A program made the position numbers and the translations under genes. DNA of 13,411 nucleotides, taken from the NCBI GenBank assembly GCA_043228905.1, contig JBHGNT010000953.1, forward strand, positions 1 to 13,411, in the 5' to 3' direction. The DNA comes from Azolla caroliniana. Lineage: Eukaryota > Plantae > Polypodiophyta. Shown here one piece after another: positions 1 to 8,879 of this stretch; positions within the stretch are counted from its first letter, which is position 1, and the number at the start of each line of letters is the position of its first letter. The notes below the pieces were generated by a model that made no database searches, was not told where the DNA came from, and was given only the letters and a program-made list of their open reading frames with translations.

Positions 1-749
1 AAGTTTTGCTTGTAATGTGTTGCATTTCATCCGTTGAAGTTAATTTTCAGACATCCAAGTTACTAAGAAAGCAATCTTGGGTTTTATGTAGTTGATCAAG
101 ATTTCTTGATAAGAGTTAAAACCTAGATGTGGATTTTATATTGTATTTAACAGATCGAGCAAGCCATACCATAAATTGCTACTAGGGTATTCAACTTATT
201 TAGTATACATCTAAGGCAGCACTGGCATATAGATGAGAATTGGCATTAAGTAGAGGTTTTCTTATTTTAACCATGTTATAGATTCGAAGATACTTTAATT
301 CAAATTGTAGTATACAGTTTGCAAGTAGAAGTTGCTTGTGTAACAGGCCCTACATTTAATAGTCTTGTAATGTGTTTTTCACTTGTCATTGTATGTATTG
401 TTGAGTATGATGATTCCCTTGAATGAGAGTCAAAGTATCAACAACCAGACGCATGTTTGCTAGCATATTGGAATCACTATCTTCAAGATACATCATTTTC
501 AAGATTTATAGAGAATATGTACTAATGCAAATTATTATATTCACATCATATCATGCAATTAAGTATTGATTATATGTCGAAACATTCTCTATCTTTCAAA
601 CGTACAAATTAGTAGGTATGTGGCATAGACCAAATTATAAATTGCTATGTCCCTACCATAATTTTGTAATCCATGGATTCCTAGCATATAGGTAGGATGG
701 ATGTACGTTTGGCTACATGTTCTATAGTGGCAATTTGGAGCGAATTCAT

Positions 750-1620
750 AAACATTTCTTCAAATTGGATTCCGAATTTCCTAATGTTGCATTCAAGGTG
801 GTTAGCATCTCCATTTTCCAATAAGCTTATTGTACTCCGTTCTTCCAATATTATTATCCTTGCATTATCCAAGTATCTTTTACTTCTTGTTTCAACTCTA
901 ACTCCCTCATTCATGTTAATGTTCATAGAACTATGAATGTGCTAGTGTAGAGGCCATATCCCAAACAAAGAATTTTGGCATGCGATTGAATATAGATTAT
1001 TGAATCTCCCAAACTTGGGGAACTTTGGTAGGTTAGGCACTTCCATTATTCTAAAATGAAAAGTTGAGTGTACTTTATCCTAGAAAAGGTTCGAAGGAGC
1101 ACGTGGCAAATGATGAATTGCTTTAGGGAGTTGAAAAAAATCCATTCATTCTTGTCATCCAAGTTTCCATGTTTGCTTAAGGTGGTTGGCATTCATAGCA
1201 ATTAGTTTGCCTTTCTTCCAAGTAAATGATATCTTGATACATAGATATAAAGGAACTTAGCGAGTTATGTGCATAATTGTCCCTCTAATTGCAGAAAATT
1301 TCCACCTCCATTCGATGCGTCTTTAATAGTCTGAATGACATCAAACAAGATAGAGTACCTAGTGGTTTTTAGTTACATCAAAGGGAGGTTGATTACAAGG
1401 TCTAAGAGTCAAGTAGGCATGAGATCTAGTGGTCCACGTGGAAGTGTTGGCTAAAATTTGACTTTGGTATGACTTCTATGTGAATTATATGAAGCAGAAT
1501 GCACTTTTGGACCATAATAGGAGGAGGTAGCTAGTTCACCTTATGCAACTTAACTCGGTCTCGTAGTTTGCCACATGTTTTCACATGTCCCATGTTCTAA
1601 AGGGTTTGTCTCCAAGTCCT
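750..1620 (-). mobile_element. Highly degenerate Ty3/Gypsy (chromovirus-like) integrase/chromodomain remnant
   Basis: Minus-strand fragments occur in the expected order: PRGPLDLMPT*LLDLVINLPL (1441-1379, cf. PxGLLQPLP...MDFITDLP), KVHSTFHFRIM (1076-1044, cf. KIHPVFHVSLL) and KWRC*PP/NAT*E/SNLKKC (about 816-755, cf. chromodomain VKW.G.P...ATWE...NL). Many stops and frameshifts; boundaries approximate. Confidence 0.55.
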
Positions 1621-1830
1621 CACTTTTCCCACCTATACTACCCTTAAACTATTGAAATGTGGCTTAAGAATGGGTCCTTAAGGTCATAGTGTTACCAAAA
1701 TAGATTTAGAATTGGTAACATTCACAAAGATATTTATATGGACCCACGGGATCTAAACACAATTTCTTTTTGCGTGTCTCCTTTTCTAAGTGTGATTTTG
1801 AAAGAGAGGGAGAGAGAGATAGTCTAGATT

Positions 1831-1883
1831 GATGTAGCTCAGTTGTCCAATGGAGACCAAAAGGTCATGGGTTCAAACCCGTA
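1831..1883 (+). pseudogene. tRNA-derived fragment or SINE head
   Basis: A-box-like TAGCTCAGTTG (1835-1845), canonical variable loop AGGTC, and B-box GGTTCAAACCC (1870-1880) in an ATGGG/CCCGT stem. Too short between the boxes for a full cloverleaf; no anticodon can be assigned. Confidence 0.55.
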
Positions 1884-1946
1884 TATTCTACAATGGCATC
1901 TAGTAAATTAAGAGGATATGTATGGAGTAATAGAGAGGTGAGAAAA

Positions 1947-1963
1947 TTGGGTCTCGAACCCAA
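1947..1963 (-). other. tRNA T-arm/B-box-like element
   Basis: The minus strand reads TTGGG-TTCGAGA-CCCAA: a perfect 5-bp stem with a 7-nt TTCGA loop and consensus B box GGTTCGAGACC. Confidence 0.4.
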
Positions 1964-2550
1964 GGCGTAGTCTAACAACTTATAATTGGGGTAAGCTAAT
2001 TACAAAAAAGACTAATAGAGAAAGAATGCAATTCAGATCAAACATTTTCTTTATCCAAGATTACTAGCAACAGGAGCCATTCCGAAAGACCTACTTGTCA
2101 AGCATCCCAACCCCCACTACACTTGATCATTTAGAGTTGCCATTGAGTAATCGAGCAGCAATTAAGAAGAGTTGAACCACGGTTCTTCGTTTGTAAAACC
2201 ATCGGCTTCATTCGGCAAAGGTTGTAATACGAGGGGACAAAAGGTCATGCGATAAGAAGCCCCTGCATTTCGTAACAGTCGTGGAACTGAAGTAGTGAGA
2301 TTCGAGACAATGGGATGGCCGCAATATTTTGATCGGGAAAAGAGAGCTAAGTAATCTGATCTATCGGATTAGGTTCTCGATCGGCAAAGGCCCCCCCCCA
2401 TAAAAGAAGAGTATCTTATCACCTAGAGGCTTGAGAGAGGGGTATTACGGTAAAAAACATAAAAGCAGAGGGGTATGTGGGTGATTTCCCAAAATGTGGG
2501 AAGGGGTAAAAGGAAGAAACAGAGAAACAGAGACAGATAGAAAGAATGAG

Positions 2551-2558
2551 TATAAATA
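2551..2558 (+). promoter_or_regulatory. Candidate TATA box of CPL4
   Basis: TATAAATA lies after a GA-rich tract (about 2330-2550) and before a CpG- and pyrimidine-rich stretch (2585-2670), as in a plant core promoter. TSS not verifiable. Confidence 0.5.
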
Positions 2559-2889
2559 GGTTTGAAATATGAAACAGAGTAATCTCGGTCGTCTTGCCTC
2601 CCTCGATCGATGTCTGAGCGTGAGCGAGAGGGACGTGCCAGTTCAAAGAGCCTGGCCTGGCCTGTTCAGAGAAAGCTTCATTTCAGTGTCCCCTGTTATT
2701 AGCAAATTTTCAGCAAAAGAATTGTTCCCCTACCCATTCGTCTTCACTGCATATCTTCCTGCTTTTAATTTTGAGGTGCGATCTTCATCCTTGTCTTTTC
2801 TTCAAATTTTGTTCTGCTCGTTGTAGGTTTAAGGAAAGAAACAACAAAAAAAAGAAAATACATTTTTTTCTGGTGAGTAACAACTATTC

Positions 2890-2975
2890 CATTTTTCTCT
2901 GTTCGTAGATAAGGAAACCATTTTCCTGTCCATAGATAGAGAAGACATTTTTTTTTTCTGTTCATAGATAAGGAC
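2890..2975 (+). repeat. Three imperfect tandem repeats of about 27-30 nt, CAT(T)nC..TGTYCRTAGATA.G.A..
   Basis: catttttctctgttcgtagataaggaaac / cattttcctgtccatagatagagaaga / cattttttttttctgttcatagataaggac. Confidence 0.8.
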
Positions 2976-3032
2976 CATGGAGATGGTAATGTCGAAGATA
3001 AAAGCACGCTTTGGAAAAATTCCAAAGTACTC
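2968..3032 (+). other. Putative 5'UTR exon of CPL4, carrying a uORF start
   Basis: Upstream donor TG|GTGAGT at 2873, acceptor (t)10ctgttcatAG ending at 2967 (95-nt intron), and consensus donor GTAAGT at 3033. Confidence 0.5.
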
Positions 3033-3756
3033 GTAAGTTTCTGAGCATTTCCTGAGATTACATTTTGTATTTTCCTAGATTCCTTGGTTTCAATGACTAA
3101 GGACTGTACGTGCTATTTTTTCCTTTCTCTTTGGAGTTTTTTTGGCATATTCTGTAGCTGATTAATGATGTCAATAGCCCAAATTTTGAATAATTGAGGG
3201 GCCATTAGGGGAACTTTTCTTGAATTAAGTATGGCGCTTGTCCTTGCTACCCTATTGGATCATGAAGATCACATATACGAATGTTTCCAGATTCTCGCAA
3301 ATGCAAATTGTTCGCAGGGGGTGGAGCTCCCAAGAGAGGGATACTGGCATGAATGTTTTTGTACTATCTAATCACACATTCGTAGTTCATATGTCACTAA
3401 ACATCAAACTATACTGTATCATCTTATGCAGTAGAAATCACTTCTCTTATTACAATGGGGTGTTTCTCTTCCAACATCATGCCACAAACTTCAAAACTAA
3501 TCCTCTATCTCAAGATCCCTTAGTATTTACTTCTAATTATCCATGCCTTTGGCCACACTTCTTTTCTGTGTCTTGCCTTTACCTCCCTGTGAGAAAAAAT
3601 TATTCATCAATTGCTTGAAATTCCACAATTTATGGAACGTTAAATACTCATTCTGCAAAATAGTTGATTGCTAAGAAAATGAAAGAACAATCAGAATTTT
3701 TTCCTTAATCAGCTTCTAATTATTACTTAATTCTTGATTTTTTTGTCTATTAGCAG

Positions 3757-3956
3757 CCGTTGAGCTTTGAAATACTCCAATATGGTTTATTGTTGATCCA
3801 ATGTATAGAAGTCAAATTTTTTGCTACCATGCCTACACCTGTAAAACATTCGAACTTGGCTTGGTAGAGAAGCTTGAGTTGCAGTTATGACAGAGGAAGC
3901 TGTTGGGTCCTCGTCCACAAGAACACAAAGAAGATACCACTTCTAGATAAAGGCAG
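3757..3956 (+). other. Putative 5'UTR exon of CPL4 (start 3754 or 3757, NAGNAG)
   Basis: T-rich tract plus TAGCAG at 3751-3756; donor CAG|GTTTCT at 3957. A 675-nt intron would join the acceptor at 4631, 3 nt before the ATG. In-frame TAA at 3948-3950 makes 4635 the first usable ATG. Confidence 0.5.
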
Positions 3957-4241
3957 GTTTCTTTCTCCCATTTTTTGGACTTAAGTTATAACCTTCTCAG
4001 TGATTCCATTTCTAGATTCTTTTGGAAACAAAGATCCTGAGAAGAAAGGACTGAGATCTGTATCAAAATCTGTTACAAAAAAAAAATGAACATCTTTAAT
4101 TGGTTTATGTTATTATCCAGTCTTTTTTATGGTCACAGAAAATAGGATTTTGAAGACCCCACACTTCGCTTATAGTTGATCATTGAGTGTCTATGATTCA
4201 ACGTTTATATTCAAGTTAAATGGAAACTATTATGAAGTAAT

Positions 4242-4468
4242 TATGCATATATGTACATATGTATTTACATGCATGACATCCATATGTGTGTACATAGGTA
4301 TGCATGCCATGCACTTACCTACATGCATGCATGCCGACATACATATGTACGTATGTACATACACAACAGACATATTTGTGTGTGTATATGTGTATGTTTG
4401 TATGTATATACATATTTTTGTATAATGACACATGCACGTCCTGGAGCAGAACACTTATGCATGTATAA
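4242..4468. repeat. Low-complexity alternating purine-pyrimidine (TA/TG/CA) tract, intronic
   Basis: atgcatatatgtacatatgtatttacatgcatg...gtgtgtgtatatgtgtatg. Shorter similar tracts occur at about 4891-4962 and 5518-5584. Confidence 0.85.
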
Positions 4469-4634
4469 TATTTGCCAGAGTGGTAATTGCTGCTGGTGAT
4501 TGTCTGCAATCCTAGTTTCAATGGTTGTTTACAATGCATAAAATTCTACTTATGTCTGAAGAACCAAGTGGTTATAGCAAATTAATAGATTTCAACATGT
4601 TTTTGACAGTGATTGCTTTCTTTGTGTACAGAAT

Positions 4635-4762
4635 ATGAGCTTGCCATCATCACCTGGAAGTGAAGATTTTGCTGCATTTCTAGATGCAGAGCTGCAGTCC
4701 GAAACAAATTCAGATTCAGAAGGACATACCACATCACAGGAGAGTGACCAAGAACAGACTAT
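4635..4762 (+). CDS. CPL4: CPL4 coding exon 1 (MSLPSSPGSEDFAAFLDAELQSETNSDSEGHTTSQESDQEQT...), absent from the ORF track
   Basis: Acceptor tttgtgtacAG ends at 4631, ATG at 4635, donor GTATGA at 4763 (phase 2). Contains the conserved AAFLDAEL motif. Confidence 0.88.
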
Positions 4763-7700
4763 GTATGAAATGTATTCATCTCCTTTCTTGTATTGTTTAA
4801 ATACTTTTGTTTGAAACTCTAAATCTAAAATGTGATACACCTAAATCCTCTCTTATTTTTGGCGTTTAGAACTGAAAAGAGAGAGGGAGCTATGTGTATG
4901 TACATGCACTCATGCATATGCAGATATATGTATATAGATAGAATGACACACACATGTATATGATACTTGTAGAAAACAATTGTCTCGAATGTGGGATATA
5001 ATAAGTTGTTCCCTACAGTTTCCAGCTAGTTTTTTTTTTCTAACATGGTTTCAGTTTAAGAAGGGGTTTTGATGTACTTTTGAAACAAAGACTGTAAAAA
5101 CTGAACTGAAATGTTTTTCAATATCGACTTGACTTGGTTCCTTCCATCACCTCTATAATGTATGATTTGGCAACCTAGTTTCATCTAATCCCTCTCTTTG
5201 GCAGATTCTCCTAAGGACACAATGCACATTGCACTCATTGTATCTGTTTGGAACTATTCTACCTTGTAGACATGTCCTTGTTTGTCTTAACTTCTTCATT
5301 TTCTAACTGATCATCAAGTTTTATATTTCTATCTTGTATTTAAGTTAAAATCGATTTTTTTTTGTGAATTAATTAGATCTTAGCGTGATTTATCTTATGT
5401 AATCTCTCTCTATATAGATGCAAATACATATATGGACTTCAACTTTTCTTATGGTTCCCTAATGTTGGATATGATAAAACCCATTTCCTTTGTTTTGATA
5501 CCGGCAATGATGATAATACATGTATCTATGTGCGTATATGTGTATATATTATATATACAGAGACTTACACATCTATACATTACATTGAAAATATTTGAAC
5601 TGAGCAGTGTCTCTAAAGCAGTAATTTTTATGCTTACAACCTTTATAGTAATTTATCCTAATTAATCTAATTATACATATTCTGTTGGTTCTAGTGGTCA
5701 TTTGCTTTTTTTACAGTTTCACTTGTAAAATTTGGAAATGAAGAGAGTTTCAAGTTGCTTATGGCTACCTTTTTGTATTTAAAATTTGGCTGTTTTAATC
5801 TCGATTTACAGAATAGGAAAAAAAAGGAAGCAACCAGAGAATGAAACATCCAAGCTCATACCCACAGTTGATTCTTCCAGTGATGATCAAATATTTAATG
5901 AACAGAATGGTATATTTCTTTGTCTATTTAAACTAGTTAACAAACTGTATTTTTTCAATTCTCACCCATTTATTTGGTGTTCTTTTGTCAGGTATGCATA
6001 TGAAGAAGATCTGCCCACCTCATCCTGGGTTTATATGGGATGTTTGTATACGATGTGGAATGCACAAACCTGCTGATGACTCCAATGGTGAAGATGGTGT
6101 AGCACTTCGCTATATTCATCAGGTTAGACTACGATTTTTTCTTTACTGTCAACAATTATATTCTAAACTGAGTATTTGACCAACTTTTTGTAGGGTTTGG
6201 AGGTATCTCGTTTAGAGGCAGATCGAATAAGAGGCAATGAACTTGAAAGAGTTCTATCAAATAAGAAGCTTTATCTAGTACTTGATCTGGATCACACTTT
6301 ACTCAACTCGGCTAGATTTGCTGAAGTTACACCTGATGAATATGCCTATCTCTGTTCTGTCTACTGCTCTAATCAAGATAGAAATGCTCCTGATGGTAAG
6401 ACTCCAGAAAAGCTACATGGTGTCATAAGCTATAACTGACCATATGGGGCTCAGTCTGCTGTGTATCATAAGTCTATCAACTCATTTCTAGACTGATATG
6501 GAATAAAGAGTATGTGTGCGTGTTTTTCTTGAAATGTTGGATATAATGTTTTAACTTCACTTTTCCAACAGCAACATGTGAAAGTGAGGAGAAACCTCAA
6601 AGTAAGGGCTCTAGTCTTCATAATCTGCAGAACCTGCATATGTGGACTAAGCTTCGCCCGTTTGTTCATCAGTTTCTCGAGGCAGCAGGTGGAATGTATG
6701 AGATGTATGTTTATACAATGGGTGAACGGATTTATGCACAGGCTATGGCCCACCTCTTGGATCCAAGTGGACGGTTTTTCGGAAGCCGAGTAATATCGCA
6801 AAGTGATAGTACATGCCGAACGACCAAGGATCTTGATATAATGCTTGGATCAGAATCCGCAGTAGTCATTCTTGATGACACTGAAGGGGTGAGGTTGCCA
6901 AGCCACTGTTCAATTTTTGTTGCATTTTTTTCATGCAATTGATTAACTATTTGGCATTATGGCATTATATGTGCATATGCATAGTTTCTCCGTTATTTTC
7001 TGTATAGAATGGTTACCTGGTTTTTTTATGTGCATACCTGACTCATATAATAACTTCATCTTCAGGTCTGGCCAAAGCATAGATCAAACTTGGTGCTGAT
7101 GGAGAGATACCATTTCTTTGGGTCAAGTTGTAAACAGTTTGGGATTGCTAGTGCATCTTTGCTCGAGGCAGAGAAGGACGAGAGTGAAGATAATGGCACA
7201 CTAGCAAACACATTAGACCTTCTACGTCGGGTGCACACTGCCTACTTTGAGGGAAAATATGAGGTACTGTTATCCCACCTCCAAGCTTGCAAAAATATAA
7301 GACTAATAGCAACATTCTTTTATGAACTACCATTGTGCTCACTTGAAAAAACAATATTTATGTATATTTGTCTACTATTTGCCTATACTTTTTCTATTAC
7401 ATCTCCTTCACAATTTGATTCATGCATTTGAATGGAACCCTTAAGTTCAATTATGTCACTTAGAAGTTCTGCAAGACAAAACACCACCCTTGGGATAAAT
7501 GGCCAAACCAAACATTTCATTAGCACAAACATGCTTCGATGGATGATAGCTGTGAATACAAATCTGTGCATGTCATTTGGGGTCACTAGGATAGTGAGTG
7601 GCTCACAGCTTCTTTAAAAGTTATGTTTTTGAATAAGGTTTTTAATTATATGGGAATTTCACCTGAAATAGACACCATACTCCTCGTATACTTAAATATG

Positions 7701-8297
7701 TGGAGGGGATAACTACATTCCTGACTATTGATTTAGGCATTTGGGATCATTATGCTTATTCTGGAAAGTTGATTATTTGTACAGGATGAAACAGGAGAAA
7801 CTCACTATTATAAAGCGAGAACAGATGTTAGAGAGGTAGTTTGTTTATTTGTCTGATTTCTTATTGTTGTAATGTAACCATGTGGATGCTGGTTTATGTT
7901 CCAGATAATCCAGAGTATAAGATCAAGAGTGCTAGCTGGATGTAAACTTATATTCAGTAGGATATTCCCCACAAGTTTGGCTTCTCCTGAAACACATCAA
8001 TGTTGGCGCCTTGCTGAGAACCTTGGAGCAATATGTACAACTTCATTGGATTCGTCAGTAACTCATGTAGTGGCTCTAGACAAAGGAACAGAGAAATCCA
8101 AATGGGCACTTGAAAATAAGTGCCACTTGGTGCATCCTAGATGGATTGATGCTGCTCTTTATACCTGGAAAAAGCCATCAGAGGAGGATTATTCCGTTGT
8201 GGATGCACCAATGCGTACTACATACTCTGAGACTATTAGTAAGGAACGACCACACCAAGTACTTGCTCCATCTGAAGCTCCGTCAGAGACTTCTTGA
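4635..8297 (+). CDS. CPL4: RNA polymerase II C-terminal domain phosphatase-like 4 (FCP1 family, FCPH + BRCT); join(4635..4762,5812..5909,5992..6122,6194..6395,6572..6888,7066..7263,7785..7835,7905..8297), 1518 nt, 505 aa
   Basis: Manual splicing at GT-AG sites gives a continuous frame with consistent phases. Motifs: N-terminal DFAAFLDAEL (CPL4-like), KKRK, CPPHPGFIWDVCIRCG, KLYLVLDLDHTLLNS (DxDxT), TKLRPF, YTMG, ILDDTEGVWPKH, ERYHFF, and BRCT IFSRIFP...VTHVVA...VHPRWI. All match the remembered FCP1/AtCPL4 architecture. Confidence 0.93.
5812..5909 (+). CDS. CPL4: CPL4 coding exon 2 (IGKKRKQPENETSK...EQN), with a putative NLS KKRK
   Basis: tttacAG ends at 5811, donor GTATAT at 5910; phases 2/1 fit the neighbouring exons. 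Confidence 0.82.
5992..6122 (+). CDS. CPL4: CPL4 coding exon 3 (CPPHPGFIWDVCIRCG...LRYIHQ)
   Basis: ttttgtcAG ends at 5991, donor GTTAGA at 6123. Contains the C-x2-H-x7-C-x2-C motif typical of the FCP1 N-terminal region. Confidence 0.92.
6194..6395 (+). CDS. CPL4: CPL4 coding exon 4 with catalytic DLDHT (6284-6298)
   Basis: ttttgtAG ends at 6193, donor GTAAGA at 6396; encodes KKLYLVLDLDHTLLNS. Confidence 0.95.
6572..6888 (+). CDS. CPL4: CPL4 coding exon 5 (FCPH core: MWTKLRPF...YTMGERIYA...ILDDTEG)
   Basis: ttttccaacAG ends at 6571, donor GTGAGG at 6889; in frame with ORF 6640..6942. Confidence 0.94.
7066..7263 (+). CDS. CPL4: CPL4 coding exon 6 (VWPKHRSNLVLMERYHFF...YFEGKYE)
   Basis: cttcAG ends at 7065, donor GTACTG at 7264. 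Confidence 0.93.
7785..7835 (+). CDS. CPL4: CPL4 coding exon 7, 51-nt small exon (DETGETHYYKARTDVRE)
   Basis: ttgtacAG ends at 7784, donor GTAGTT at 7836, phase 0/0. Supplies the conserved DVR that precedes the BRCT domain. Confidence 0.85.
7905..8297 (+). CDS. CPL4: CPL4 terminal coding exon (BRCT domain and C-terminal tail)
   Basis: gttccAG ends at 7904; encodes VLAGCKLIFSRIFP...VTHVVALDKGTEK...VHPRWI; TGA at 8295-8297. Confidence 0.95.
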   Translation: MIQSIRSRVLAGCKLIFSRIFPTSLASPETHQCWRLAENLGAICTTSLDSSVTHVVALDKGTEKSKWALENKCHLVHPRWIDAALYTWKKPSEEDYSVVDAPMRTTYSETISKERPHQVLAPSEAPSETS

Positions 8298-8879
8298 TGC
8301 TCTGTCTTTCACAAAGAAGATTAAAGTTTTGGTATGTATCTTGGATATGTTGAGGAAGAACCGGGGAATAGTTCCCAACAAATTCAGTTGAGGATGTAAA
8401 GGATCAGTGGCTCCTTTAAAGCTTTCACTTGCGACATTTCTCACTTGTAAGGGTAACAGAGATGTCACTCTTCTTCTGTAAATTGAGCTGTTTCTGCACT
8501 CTACTAATCTTGATTTGAATGGAAGATTGTTTGTGGGCAATATCGTGAATGGCATTTTCCTGCAAATGCCTTCATATTCTTTCCTCTCTTATGCACTAAC
8601 GGAATTGAGATTGAATAGAGATAATCAAGGTTTTACCCCTTCCACATACGCGATTGACTTAAAATCTCCACTAGGTATATGAGACAAATTATAATACAAG
8701 TATATGAGTGAGTTTGTGTTATCTGAATTGAAACTACTCTAGTATAACTAAATGCCAAGATTGGCCTATAAAACAAATCATGATTACAAATATGGGTGAA
8801 TTTATATGGTACATATTTAAACAAAAAGTTTCCTAAAGCTCCATTATGATGATGTGCTGAAATGATTTTGAACATGGTT

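Noticed and set aside
681-936. Opposing 81-aa and 79-aa ORFs
   Set aside because: No coherent protein; they overlap the decayed retroelement, whose motifs are mostly in other frames.
2861-2975. CRISPR-like repeat array or any prokaryotic system
   Set aside because: The repeats are adjacent, degenerate and spacer-less, and the window is clearly intron-containing plant DNA.
3238-3618. 126-aa ORF in the CPL4 leader region
   Set aside because: TTG start, no recognisable domain, and lies in a predicted intron.
4183-4539. Four overlapping ORFs on both strands (C/M/H/Y/T/V-rich)
   Set aside because: Artefact of the stop-poor alternating RY repeat; intronic.
4986-4997. USE-like ATCCCACATTCG on the minus strand (snRNA promoter element RTCCCACATCG), tempting because CPL4 is linked to snRNA transcription
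   Set aside because: It has a one-base insertion versus consensus, only a weak TATA, and no recognisable snRNA sequence downstream.
5910-5991. Possible U12 intron (GTATATTTCT)
   Set aside because: Does not match GTATCCTT and has no clear TCCTTAAC branch site; treated as U2.
6466-7586. Antisense and alternate-frame ORFs over CPL4
   Set aside because: Shadows of real exons or introns with no independent coding signal.
8332-8387. Possible 3'UTR intron (TTG|GTATGT, 34 nt after the stop)
   Set aside because: The donor is good, but the nearest acceptor gives only 56 nt and no strong downstream acceptor is evident; unsupported without RNA data.
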